From assembly GCA_038110535.1 (NCBI GenBank), contig JAYNJW010000008.1, positions 1,446 to 65,445 on the forward strand: a stretch of 64,000 nucleotides of DNA, in the 5' to 3' direction. This document shows positions 17,697 through 26,364 of this stretch, in pieces. Position 1 is the stretch's first letter. Each line of letters begins with the position of its first letter. The position numbers and the translations under genes are program-made. The stretch is from Opitutia bacterium. Its GTDB lineage: Bacteria > Verrucomicrobiota > Verrucomicrobiia > Opitutales > Seribacteraceae. Below the pieces are notes generated by a model. It saw only the letters and a program-made list of their open reading frames with translations, made no database searches and was not told where the DNA came from.

Positions 17697-18071
17697 TTAC
17701 TTTTCCCACTCCAACGCTCCGCTCTTTAATTCGTAGATCAGCCCGACTACGAGCACAAAGGTGAAAAAAAGCATGGGCCCGAGCAAGGAAACTCCGGCAA
17801 AGGAAAGCTCCCGATGGGTAAGAACCCAAGGGATCAGAAAGACCACATCGATATCAAAAAGAATAAATAACATCGCGGTTACATAGAATTTCACGGAATA
17901 TCGTGAACTTCCCCCAACCTCAGAGGATAACCCGCATTCATAAGGGGAATCCTTGATCTTGCCTCGGGTGGCTCTTTGCCCGAAAAGATGGCTGGCCACC
18001 AAGATACCAACTCCGATCCCAACCGCGAGCACGATTTGGATAAGCACGGGCAGAAAATCGGGTAAAGTCAT
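17697..18071 (-). CDS. nuoA: NADH-quinone oxidoreductase subunit A
   Basis: 124 aa. PYECGL...YSVKFYVTAMLFILFDIDVVFLIPW is the NuoA/ND3 signature. Confidence 0.9.
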   Translation of the reverse strand: MTLPDFLPVLIQIVLAVGIGVGILVASHLFGQRATRGKIKDSPYECGLSSEVGGSSRYSVKFYVTAMLFILFDIDVVFLIPWVLTHRELSFAGVSLLGPMLFFTFVLVVGLIYELKSGALEWEK

Positions 18072-18187
18072 ATGAAACTCATTATGGGTAAGCTCTTATT
18101 AAGCAAGAATAAAGGATATTTCATGACCAAAGAATTCCAAGTTCTCGGTGCTTGCCAATCCTAGTGCCACCCATGTAGGATTTTGGA

Positions 18188-18622
18188 ATGATTACATTGA
18201 CCGATCTTCGTAGAAATAAGTATTCCAAACAATCACGGGTCCGAGGTTTTACTCTGGTGGAAATCTTAATTGTTCTTGCACTAATCGGAATCGTTGCAGG
18301 TTTGGCGATGTCAAACCTTGGAGAAATCTTCGGAGGGGGAAAGGTCAAGGCCGCACAGACTTGGGTGAATAGCACGGGAGAAGCCTATGTGAACAGCTAC
18401 CTTGCCATGGTTGGAGATTATCCCAAAAGCCTTGCCGATCTGAAAAATCCGCCCAATGGTGTGCCTCCATTTGTTAAGCGGGCTTCCGATTTAAAGGATC
18501 CATGGGGTAAAGATTATGTTTATCAGTATCCAGGGGCAAGAAACACGGGAAGCTTTGATTTGTCGACCACGGCACCAGACGGTACGGTTTTAGGAAACTG
18601 GGACGACGCCACTGGCAATTGA
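18188..18622 (+). CDS. gspG: type II secretion major pseudopilin GspG
   Basis: Prepilin motif RG|FTLVEILIVLALIGIVAGLA (Glu at +5). C-terminal DPWGKDYVYQYPGARNTGSFDLSTTAPDG is typical of GspG. AGGA Shine-Dalgarno 7 nt upstream. Confidence 0.92.
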   Translation: MITLTDLRRNKYSKQSRVRGFTLVEILIVLALIGIVAGLAMSNLGEIFGGGKVKAAQTWVNSTGEAYVNSYLAMVGDYPKSLADLKNPPNGVPPFVKRASDLKDPWGKDYVYQYPGARNTGSFDLSTTAPDGTVLGNWDDATGN

Positions 18623-18623
18623 T

Positions 18624-19151
18624 TTGATTAAAAGGGGAAGGATCCAGCGATTCGATGGGTTTACCCTCATCGAAGTGTTATTGGTTCTTGCACTGGTGGG
18701 GGTTTTGGTAGGTTTGGTAGCTGGTAATGTAGGTGCATTTATTCGGGGTGCCCAGTTCGAACCCCCTAGTCGAGTTTTGAAAAAAGCCATTCTTGATGCA
18801 ATTTACGAAGCATCGGAAAGTAAGGAACTGATCCATCTCACTTATATCCAAGAAACGGCAACTTTTAGTGTATCTAGTAAGCATGGTACTGAAATAAATT
18901 CACACCAAATATTTAAAGGCACGAGGGAGGACAATTACGAGTTGCCTGAAATTATTTTTAAGGCGATTGGACCACAATCCGGGCCCGATGGAGATTCAAC
19001 TATTTATGATGAGGATGAATTAGTCCAAGCCAGAATATCATTTCACTATGGAAGTAGTGTGCCCTTTTCTGCTGAAATCCGATTCATGGACGAAACGGAG
19101 GAGTTGCAATTCGATCCATTTTCCGGATTTGTTATAAAGCGACAAGAGTGA
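18624..19151 (+). CDS. gspH: minor pseudopilin (GspH-like)
   Basis: Prepilin motif DG|FTLIEVLLVLALVGVLVG. 175 aa. Position directly after gspG. Confidence 0.75.
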   Translation: MIKRGRIQRFDGFTLIEVLLVLALVGVLVGLVAGNVGAFIRGAQFEPPSRVLKKAILDAIYEASESKELIHLTYIQETATFSVSSKHGTEINSHQIFKGTREDNYELPEIIFKAIGPQSGPDGDSTIYDEDELVQARISFHYGSSVPFSAEIRFMDETEELQFDPFSGFVIKRQE

Positions 19152-19657
19152 ATAAAAACTGGCACTGTTCTGAAAATAGCTTCATTCGAGGCTTTATGCT
19201 GATCGAGGTACTTATTGCCTTGGCCCTCTTTGCTTTGTCTGCGGTTATACTAGTAGATGGTGCTTTTGTAACCTCAAGAGTTGCTATGCAAATGAAAGAT
19301 ACCCGGGAATTAGAGCAAGATTTGATATGGGTTAGGAGTGAGGTATTGAAAATTGCAGATTATGAAAAATTTTCGGATGGTGGAGATTTAGAAACTTTGT
19401 CTATGGGAATGGTCTCGTGGACAGCTGTTGTCGAGATGACGGAAGTTTTGGACCTTTTTAAAGTTGTTCTTCGTTTAGAATATGATGGAAACGACGATTA
19501 TGGAATTGAGCCGGGCGAGCGTGAGTCGGCCATGTATTTGTGCCGACCAACTTGGGGAAGTCACCCCGATTTTTCCTCAGAGCGTTTGGGATTAATCGAA
19601 GAAAAGCGAAGAAAAATTCAAGAGCATCAAGATCAGAGAAAGCAAGCTAAATTATGA
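19148..19657 (+). CDS. gspI: minor pseudopilin (GspI-like)
   Basis: Prepilin motif RG|FMLIEVLIALALFALS. 4-nt overlap with the upstream gene. Assigned by gene order. Confidence 0.7.
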   Translation: MNKNWHCSENSFIRGFMLIEVLIALALFALSAVILVDGAFVTSRVAMQMKDTRELEQDLIWVRSEVLKIADYEKFSDGGDLETLSMGMVSWTAVVEMTEVLDLFKVVLRLEYDGNDDYGIEPGERESAMYLCRPTWGSHPDFSSERLGLIEEKRRKIQEHQDQRKQAKL

Positions 19658-20367
19658 AGCTTTTGAGGGGGTTCTCTTTAATTGAAGTTTTACTTGCACT
19701 TGCATTGGGGGGGATCCTTCTGATTGCAGCAAGTTCACTTCTGGTAACCATTTCTCAGGCATGGGCAAATCGTCCTGCAACTCGAGATGCGTTCGATGCT
19801 CATGTTAATGGTATTGCTCATTTTTTGACTGCAGTATTTGAAGAAGCGACTTACCCGAATGAAAACTCCCAAAATGTTGGGGGGGTTGAACTGCAAAGGC
19901 CCGTTGGTTTTTCAGATAGGGAAGATCCAATGATAAAGTTTTTTTTACCAGAGGCCCCACCTTTTTTTTATTGGCCTTACGGACCCGCAAATCGGGTTCA
20001 CTCGTATCTATTTTTTGAGGAAGCTGAGGGTTTATTTTTTTTATGGTATTCTGAGCTTCAAGAGCTGGAAAAGAGCGAAAATGGCGAGATGCAACTAGTC
20101 GATGAAGGACAACTATTTAGAACTCAAATTAGTACCTATTTGGATGAGGTGTATTACTGTTATTTCGGAGATGAGGATGACAGTCTCGATGATCAAAAAA
20201 GTTGGAACATACTTACTGATCTTGAAGAAAATGTGGAAACAGGCCAATTCAGAGTCCCAGATTTTATAAAAATGGTTTTTCGATGGGAGGAGCAAGATCT
20301 GGAACGGACAATTACATTGGCAATAAAAAAACCTGCTCCAAGCGGAATCGAGGAAGAACCAAGATGA
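19654..20367 (+). CDS. gspJ: minor pseudopilin (GspJ-like)
   Basis: Prepilin motif RG|FSLIEVLLALALGGILLIAASS. 237 aa. 4-nt overlaps on both sides. Confidence 0.7.
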   Translation: MKLLRGFSLIEVLLALALGGILLIAASSLLVTISQAWANRPATRDAFDAHVNGIAHFLTAVFEEATYPNENSQNVGGVELQRPVGFSDREDPMIKFFLPEAPPFFYWPYGPANRVHSYLFFEEAEGLFFLWYSELQELEKSENGEMQLVDEGQLFRTQISTYLDEVYYCYFGDEDDSLDDQKSWNILTDLEENVETGQFRVPDFIKMVFRWEEQDLERTITLAIKKPAPSGIEEEPR

Positions 20368-21404
20368 AAACGATGAGTAAGGTTAAAAAAAGGGGTGCAA
20401 TACTCGTATTTGTCTTAGGACTGGTCGTACTTTTGGGAACTTTGTGCCTGCGCCTAATGAAGGAAACGGTTCAGGAGCTTCGTCATTTTAGTCAATTTCA
20501 CAAGAGGGATGATTTGCGCTTACATGCCTATTCCTTGCTAGATATTACTGTTGGTGTGCTGAATGAATTTCGCACCTTAGACGGTAATGTATTAAAAACG
20601 GGGAGTGGGTGGGAGAATCCTATTGCATGGAGTGGTTTGCCAACACTTGACCCAAAAGTGGAGTGGTCGGTATCCCTTAAAGGCGAGTCGGGAAAGCTAC
20701 CTTTGTTCTCAACAGAGCCGAAAATATTGAAAGAGATCTTTGCGATCATGCATGCTGGTGGCAGGGGATTAGTAAATGAGGATGAAGGCCAGTCCTTTTA
20801 TGATGCATGGATGGACTGGCAAGATGAGGATCAAAATGAGAGAGAGGAAGGAGCAGAAGATGCCTATTATGAGAGCATGAATCCTCCTTACTATACTGCT
20901 GGAAAAAAGGTAAAAAGTTTTAAAGAGTTTCGCATGATCAAAGGATTTGGTTACGATCCAAACAATCCATATGAAAGTGGCTTGTTTTTTGATGAATTCG
21001 GTAACGAAACTGAAAACATGAGAAATTTTCGATCATCCTTTTCTTTTTATCATGAAGGAAAAGTCAATATTTGTGAATCATCACCTTTTCTTCTTGGTTA
21101 TATTTGCGATGATGATGAGTCTCTAATGCAAGAGGTAAGTGAATGGACTCCAGGTGATGGGCAAAACTTTCCGGCGATCGATAGTACCATTCCATTTACC
21201 AAAGGAATAAGTGAGACTTTTTTGATTGAGATACTTGTAAGAAAGGGGCGAGCAAAATTTAAACTGCATGCTGCTGTAACTTTTGCAAAAGAGCCGAATC
21301 AATCCAAAGCGAACAACTTAAAAACTCGGAAGAAGCGTAATGAGCAGTTAAAATATCCAGTGAGTGTTCTTAGGTTGCGTGAAAATGAGAATTTGATCGA
21401 CTAG
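20364..21404 (+). CDS. gspK: minor pseudopilin GspK
   Basis: Start MKTMSKVKKRG|AILVFVLGLVVLL with no Glu at +5, as in GspK. YDAWMDWQDEDQNEREEGAEDAYYES...FKEFRMIKGF matches the GspK DW-x-D...GAE...Y...EL-x-x-V-x-G pattern. ATGA overlap with gspJ. Confidence 0.85.
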   Translation: MKTMSKVKKRGAILVFVLGLVVLLGTLCLRLMKETVQELRHFSQFHKRDDLRLHAYSLLDITVGVLNEFRTLDGNVLKTGSGWENPIAWSGLPTLDPKVEWSVSLKGESGKLPLFSTEPKILKEIFAIMHAGGRGLVNEDEGQSFYDAWMDWQDEDQNEREEGAEDAYYESMNPPYYTAGKKVKSFKEFRMIKGFGYDPNNPYESGLFFDEFGNETENMRNFRSSFSFYHEGKVNICESSPFLLGYICDDDESLMQEVSEWTPGDGQNFPAIDSTIPFTKGISETFLIEILVRKGRAKFKLHAAVTFAKEPNQSKANNLKTRKKRNEQLKYPVSVLRLRENENLID

Positions 21405-21431
21405 GATGAGACCAAAAATTACTTTTATCTA

Positions 21432-22715
21432 TTGATGTCGGATGAGCAAGAGAGCGTCTCCGGTCTTCCAATGGGAGAACTGCGTGAAATTACCCTCCGA
21501 ATTCCAGGAGAGTGTTTCTTTTGCGAAACGATAACTCTGCCAAACAACCCGATTGAAGAAAAGAAAACAGGGGAGAAAGTTTCCCCATGGGACGAATATC
21601 TTTCCGGGGTCTTGAACCAGACGGGCTTCTCCCCCTATCCGGTTGAACAATTGGCATGGGGTTATCATTTGTGCAATCATACCAACCGGGCGTTTTTATT
21701 TGCCACCCCGTTGGGAAAGTTGCGCCAAATGGGTTGGCAGAACCTTGAATTGTTCCGGCGGGTGTTCCCCTCCTTTATCAGCCTACTCGGCAAGAGTTAT
21801 GAAACCCCAACAGCGATTTTTTTGCTGGTTGAGGAATCTTTAACCCTTGCCTGCTTTGGCTCTGATTCATCTGTTCCTGATTTTCTCTACACCCGCTCAG
21901 TCGAATTGGAGGAGGCCGATGGATTTGAAAAAGCAAAGTCCATGCTTCTTGGTTTGATCGATTTGTCTAAATACGAGCTTTGTCCGGATGTGCTGATCGC
22001 CCGTGAGGTTTACCGGCGGGAGGACAATTCATTTGAGTTTGAACACCAGTGGATGATGGGGAAAGACCCCTCTCTTGAGCTTGAGCAAGATATCATTATG
22101 GATGCGGATATCCTTTGGCAGCATGATTTGAGAGCATTGGATTTCAAAATTTTGGAGAAAAAAAGGCGCAGGCAGGAGCGATCCCGTTGGAAAGCGATCA
22201 AGGCCAGTCTTGTTTTTGCAATCCTGATGATGCTTGGTGTGATTGGGCTGAAAGTGGGTGACCATCAGTTGGATAGCTTGAATCTTGATGAACAAAAAAT
22301 GAGCGAGCAGGTCCCATTAGTTTTGGAATCGCAAAGGTTGTTGGAGAAATTGAAGCAAAATCAACTTGGTGGGATTGATCCATTTGGCACTATTGGCCGT
22401 GTTACCATTTACCGAGGGGGTGGCTTTGATAATCCTCATGTATGGTTTTCTAAAGCCCATTTTGAGACCCGTAACCATGTAAAGATCGAGGGGGAGGGCA
22501 GAAATGTTGAATCGATCAATAATTTTATCGAGCGGTTGGAAACGAACCAAGTCGCATTAATTCGTAAGGACCGAACTGGTAACGATCTTCGATCAATTAA
22601 GAGCGGAGGAGGTTCCACATCGTTTGAGGTTGTGCTTGAAATGTTAGAAGAATTAACGGTTGATTCCGAGGCAGGGCATTTAGGCCAAGATGGCAATGGG
22701 AGCCTAGAAAAATGA
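21432..22715 (+). CDS. gspL: GspL-like bitopic assembly-platform protein
   Basis: 427 aa with a cytoplasmic N-domain of about 250 aa, a single TM (SLVFAILMMLGVIGLKV) and a periplasmic C-domain. The call rests mainly on architecture and its position between gspK and the gspM-like gene. Confidence 0.6.
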   Translation: MMSDEQESVSGLPMGELREITLRIPGECFFCETITLPNNPIEEKKTGEKVSPWDEYLSGVLNQTGFSPYPVEQLAWGYHLCNHTNRAFLFATPLGKLRQMGWQNLELFRRVFPSFISLLGKSYETPTAIFLLVEESLTLACFGSDSSVPDFLYTRSVELEEADGFEKAKSMLLGLIDLSKYELCPDVLIAREVYRREDNSFEFEHQWMMGKDPSLELEQDIIMDADILWQHDLRALDFKILEKKRRRQERSRWKAIKASLVFAILMMLGVIGLKVGDHQLDSLNLDEQKMSEQVPLVLESQRLLEKLKQNQLGGIDPFGTIGRVTIYRGGGFDNPHVWFSKAHFETRNHVKIEGEGRNVESINNFIERLETNQVALIRKDRTGNDLRSIKSGGGSTSFEVVLEMLEELTVDSEAGHLGQDGNGSLEK

Positions 22716-23260
22716 AATATTTAGAAAAGGTATTTTTTCGTATGCAGGACCGGGAGCAAAAGTTGCTTGTTGTTGCAATTATAGTGGTACTTGCAGTTGC
22801 TTGTTTGAAACTTTTTCAAAGTGGGATACAGAAGTTCAATTCTTGGCAGGAAATCGACCAACTAATGGAGAGTCATGAGATGATCCTTCGATTAAAGCCG
22901 GCGATTGATCAAGCCCTCGAGGAGCAGAAAATTGCCCAGCAAAATAAGAGCTATGATAAAAAGAATTTGAGTAACCGGGTTTCTAGCCTGGCTGATCAGG
23001 TTTTTCCTGCGAGGGATTACCGCGAGCTCGATACTGAGGAGCGGGAAAGATATTCCCAGCATCGCGTACGTATTACTTTTAAACGCTCCAGTTACGAAGA
23101 GGTAAATGATTTTGCCGGCTTGATTCGGGGCGAGAGTCCATACATGTTTTTAAGTGAGGTGAAAATTGAACCTAACTATCCGCCCAAATCCAGACCTTAC
23201 GAACCCACCACCTTTGACGCAGTCTTTGAGGTCAGTTCTGTCGAATTTATTAACCAATGA
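22712..23260 (+). CDS. gspM: GspM/PilO-like bitopic protein
   Basis: 182 aa with an N-terminal TM (LLVVAIIVVLAVACL), a coiled segment and a small C-domain. 4-nt overlaps with its neighbours. Confidence 0.55.
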   Translation: MKYLEKVFFRMQDREQKLLVVAIIVVLAVACLKLFQSGIQKFNSWQEIDQLMESHEMILRLKPAIDQALEEQKIAQQNKSYDKKNLSNRVSSLADQVFPARDYRELDTEERERYSQHRVRITFKRSSYEEVNDFAGLIRGESPYMFLSEVKIEPNYPPKSRPYEPTTFDAVFEVSSVEFINQ

Positions 23261-25878
23261 AATTCTCATTCTTTTTTACCTTTTTTCTTTTCTCTTTTCT
23301 GATTGGTAACGGACAAGTCCCTGTCCCTCCGCAGGGTGGACAAGTCCCTGTCCCTCCGCAGGGTGGACAAGTCCCTGTCCCTCCGCAGAGTTTATTTGGG
23401 AATATTCCGAATCCGAATGATCTATTGGAGCGCGTCAGATTAAGAGATCATGATGCTAATATGATCTTGGATATGATTCAAAGAATTACCGAACGGTATA
23501 TTTTGCGTCCTCAGAATTTGCCCCAAGTGAAAATCACTTTTGACAGCATTGATGTGTTGAGCAAGGGGGACACTTTACTCGCACTGCAAAGTTTGCTTGC
23601 TATGAACGGAATCGGTATAACCGAGATTGATTCTCAGTTTTACAAAGCTGTTCCTGCTAGCGGAATGAATGTACATGTTCCCATTTGGCTGGATGTACCT
23701 GCATCTTCTCTTCCGCCCAGCCAAGACATATATTTCAAAGTATTTTATCTGGAGTATATTCCTGCTGACAAGATGCGTGAAATTCTAAATCCCTTCGCCA
23801 CGCCCAATGTTTCGTCCTTGTTAACATTGCCTAGTCAAAAATCCATCATGATAACTGATTCATTGATCAACCTTCAGAGAATGGAGAAACTCATTCAACG
23901 AGTTGACCAACCTCAACCTGAAAAAGATATAATTACTTTTTGGTATGAGACTAAGCGATTTAACGCAAGAACGATTGCAGCATATTTCGATAGTCAGTGG
24001 GAGGAACTGTGGAAGGATAAGTTCTCTATCAGACCACAGTTTTTTAATCTTTTGGACAAAGAAAGTAAGCAAAAGGAAAAGATCATAGAAAAAATACCCA
24101 AAAAGGGAAATGATAATGACGAGAACAAAGTGGTTGATTACAAAGAATTGGAGGTTGATATTTTTCCCTACAAGATGTTGGGAATTACCTGTCATATTAA
24201 TGACAAAATCATGCTTACTGGAATTTTGGAAGAATTTGATGTATCAGTCGCCGAGGATTCTAATTTTGTCATTGGTTGGTTTAAGCCTAAAAGGTTTATT
24301 TCTTCTGCGGTTGCACAATTTTTTGATTCGGCTTGGGAAAAACTTTTGAAAGATGAGTTTCATCATAAACCTATATTTATGTTTGAGGGCACATCAATAC
24401 AGTTGGGATATTATTGCCACAAAGAAGATGAGGAAAAGTTATTACAATACCTTGAGTCTCTAGATGTTGAATTACCTTACGAAATTAACAGTAAGCTAAT
24501 ACCTTTGTATCACGCTTCTTCCAGTGCAGTTGCCCAGACGCTACAAATGATGGCTCTCAGAGTAGTAGAGGGAGGAAGAAGCAATTCAGAAGCAGGCAAA
24601 CCAGGTGGCCAATCTAATGTTAATTCAGCAAGGCAGAGTCTTCAATCGTGGCAGGATCCTTTTTTCTCCGAAATATTTTATTTTTTCCAAGATACTCGAA
24701 GTAACGGCATTTTTGTTATGGGTACTCTTGAGGATGTCATTAGGGCGGAGGAATATATTAAAACTCTTGATACTCCATTGCCCATGGCGAAGATTGATAC
24801 GATCTTTGTAATGGTCGATTTAAGCCAGTCTAATCAGCGTGGTATCGATGCTTTATTTCAGGATGTCTCATGGCAAAAAGGTGGAATCGTACAGGAAACG
24901 GTTACTGATGCGGGAGCTGATAATATCCCCGGAACCGCAGATGATACCCAAACGGTTGTTACTAGTGGGGTAGAGGATCAGGTAGCAGGTACCTTAAAAG
25001 TGCCTTTACTGAATTCCGCTCTATCCTTCGAAATGGATAGCTGGAAAGTAAACCAAATACAATGGAATCAAATCTTCAGTCTGGCTTCACAGCGAGAAGA
25101 TATCAGGATTTTTTCAACTCCCTCCATTACAATAAGTCATGGAAAGGATGAGGGTCCTGTTGTTACTTCCGAGGGTTCTGCGGAAACCAGTGGTGGAGGA
25201 ACGGAAGGTGCCCAAGGTAAAGGTCAGTTTAGTGAGATTGAAATTATCGATGAGCGTAGCATTGGTCTACCAGGCGTAACCATGGCGAATGGGCAAACAA
25301 GCCAACCCAACATACAAAAGCTAGTTGCTAAAACATCACTCACAGTATTACACCCAAGAATAAGGAAGACAGTCAGGGATTCAACTGGCAGGGTTATTGA
25401 GCGTGGTACTGTATTTATGTCGGTTATTGTAACGGCTCAGAAATTTGATACGACAGTTTCCAATACCTATGAAGGACAGACGCTGCCCGCGATTAAAGGT
25501 CGATCCGCGGTGACTGATTTGGCGATTCGGGATGGACAAATCATGGCCCTAGGCGGGTTCCAGGAGGTTCAAATGGACGAGGAAGTTTCTAAATACAACT
25601 TTTTAAGTAATATTCCTTATCTAGGAGAAAAGTTTTTTACTCCTACACAAAGGAGATACACGCCCACGGAAATGATGATTTTTATTAGGCCAACCATAAT
25701 CGACCCACTCAATCCAATGGATGATCTAAGTTCCTTCAACTCGGACAGAATTGATTCGATGATGAATCGGGAATATACTCCTGCCTTTCGCTCACCATCA
25801 GGAAAGATCTTTGGAGCTCCAGATAAGAAAAAGTCTTATTCGGAGCAGGACGAACCTTCTGAAAAACCATCTCTGTAA
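23257..25878 (+). CDS. gspD: secretin GspD with extra N-domains
   Basis: Signal peptide. N0/N1-type segments (FYKAVPA, KVFYLEYIPADKMREIL...MITDSLINLQRMEKLIQRVD). Secretin C-domain ending in NIPYLGEKFF...EMMIFIRPTII. 873 aa. Confidence 0.9.
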   Translation: MKFSFFFTFFLFSFLIGNGQVPVPPQGGQVPVPPQGGQVPVPPQSLFGNIPNPNDLLERVRLRDHDANMILDMIQRITERYILRPQNLPQVKITFDSIDVLSKGDTLLALQSLLAMNGIGITEIDSQFYKAVPASGMNVHVPIWLDVPASSLPPSQDIYFKVFYLEYIPADKMREILNPFATPNVSSLLTLPSQKSIMITDSLINLQRMEKLIQRVDQPQPEKDIITFWYETKRFNARTIAAYFDSQWEELWKDKFSIRPQFFNLLDKESKQKEKIIEKIPKKGNDNDENKVVDYKELEVDIFPYKMLGITCHINDKIMLTGILEEFDVSVAEDSNFVIGWFKPKRFISSAVAQFFDSAWEKLLKDEFHHKPIFMFEGTSIQLGYYCHKEDEEKLLQYLESLDVELPYEINSKLIPLYHASSSAVAQTLQMMALRVVEGGRSNSEAGKPGGQSNVNSARQSLQSWQDPFFSEIFYFFQDTRSNGIFVMGTLEDVIRAEEYIKTLDTPLPMAKIDTIFVMVDLSQSNQRGIDALFQDVSWQKGGIVQETVTDAGADNIPGTADDTQTVVTSGVEDQVAGTLKVPLLNSALSFEMDSWKVNQIQWNQIFSLASQREDIRIFSTPSITISHGKDEGPVVTSEGSAETSGGGTEGAQGKGQFSEIEIIDERSIGLPGVTMANGQTSQPNIQKLVAKTSLTVLHPRIRKTVRDSTGRVIERGTVFMSVIVTAQKFDTTVSNTYEGQTLPAIKGRSAVTDLAIRDGQIMALGGFQEVQMDEEVSKYNFLSNIPYLGEKFFTPTQRRYTPTEMMIFIRPTIIDPLNPMDDLSSFNSDRIDSMMNREYTPAFRSPSGKIFGAPDKKKSYSEQDEPSEKPSL
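23311..23388 (+). repeat. perfect 27-bp tandem repeat, 2.9 copies (GGACAAGTCCCTGTCCCTCCGCAGGGT)
   Basis: Units at 23311-23337, 23338-23364 and 23365-23388 are identical at the DNA level. They encode (GQVPVPPQG)x3 just after the secretin signal peptide. Confidence 0.97.
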
Positions 25879-25881
25879 ATA

Positions 25882-26355
25882 GTGAGGCAAATTATAAATA
25901 TTGGTTTTCTTTCGCTCCTGGCACCGATTTTCTGTTCTGCAAGCAATCCTTTTCTGCGACCAGGCTCAAACAGTGCTAAGCCACCAGTTATCCAAAGGCC
26001 AGCCCCGCCACCTCCCAAACCAATACCTCGAAATCCAAATATTGAATTTAGAGGATACTATGAATTTAAGGGAGAATGGATGCTTGCCTTATTTGATAAA
26101 TCAAAAAACGAAGGATTTTGGCTGACCCAAGGTGAAAAGATTGAGGGCATAGATGCAGAAGTAGAGAGTTTTAATCCCGAAACCGAAATCATTAAACTTA
26201 AAGGGGGAATGACTTTAAACTTAAAAGATTCAGACAAGACAGTCCTGCCCGTGCCTAGTGGACAGGTCAAAAGCACTTCGCCTCCCATTCCTCGGAACTC
26301 CACGCCCGCCGTTCAAGTTCCCAAACCTGGCATTCCTCCACCGAGAAGGAGATAA
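25882..26355 (+). CDS. small Pro-rich envelope protein, GspC-HR/PilP-like
   Basis: 157 aa with a GTG start. N-terminal hydrophobic anchor, Pro-rich linker, then a beta-rich core (FRGYYEFKGEWMLALFDKSKNEGFWLTQGEKIEGIDAEVESF...IKLK) resembling secretin-binding HR/PilP domains. No PDZ domain. Confidence 0.5.
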   Translation: MRQIINIGFLSLLAPIFCSASNPFLRPGSNSAKPPVIQRPAPPPPKPIPRNPNIEFRGYYEFKGEWMLALFDKSKNEGFWLTQGEKIEGIDAEVESFNPETEIIKLKGGMTLNLKDSDKTVLPVPSGQVKSTSPPIPRNSTPAVQVPKPGIPPPRRR

Positions 26356-26364
26356 GATTTAGCG

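Noticed and set aside
18152-18181. TTGCCA-18 nt-TAGGAT upstream of gspG as a promoter that would make gspG leaderless.
   Set aside because: The same AGGA sits 7 nt before the ATG and is better explained as the Shine-Dalgarno. The -10 match is weak.
19930-20045. Three T8 homopolymer tracts within about 115 nt of the gspJ-like gene, considered as possible phase-variation switches.
   Set aside because: They encode Phe-rich motifs (KFFLPE, PPFFYW, GLFFLWY) in an AT-rich gene. Eight-nt tracts are short for efficient slippage, and nothing else suggests on/off switching.
20283-20363. 5' extensions of track ORFs: gspK from 20283, nadD to 16361, GT2 from 47286, uvrB to 34589, the DUF2807-like gene to 32569 and tadA to 41967.
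   Set aside because: Each extension overlaps the preceding gene and lacks family-typical sequence. Internal ATG/GTG starts give canonical N-termini, signal peptides or ATGA/GTGA coupling.
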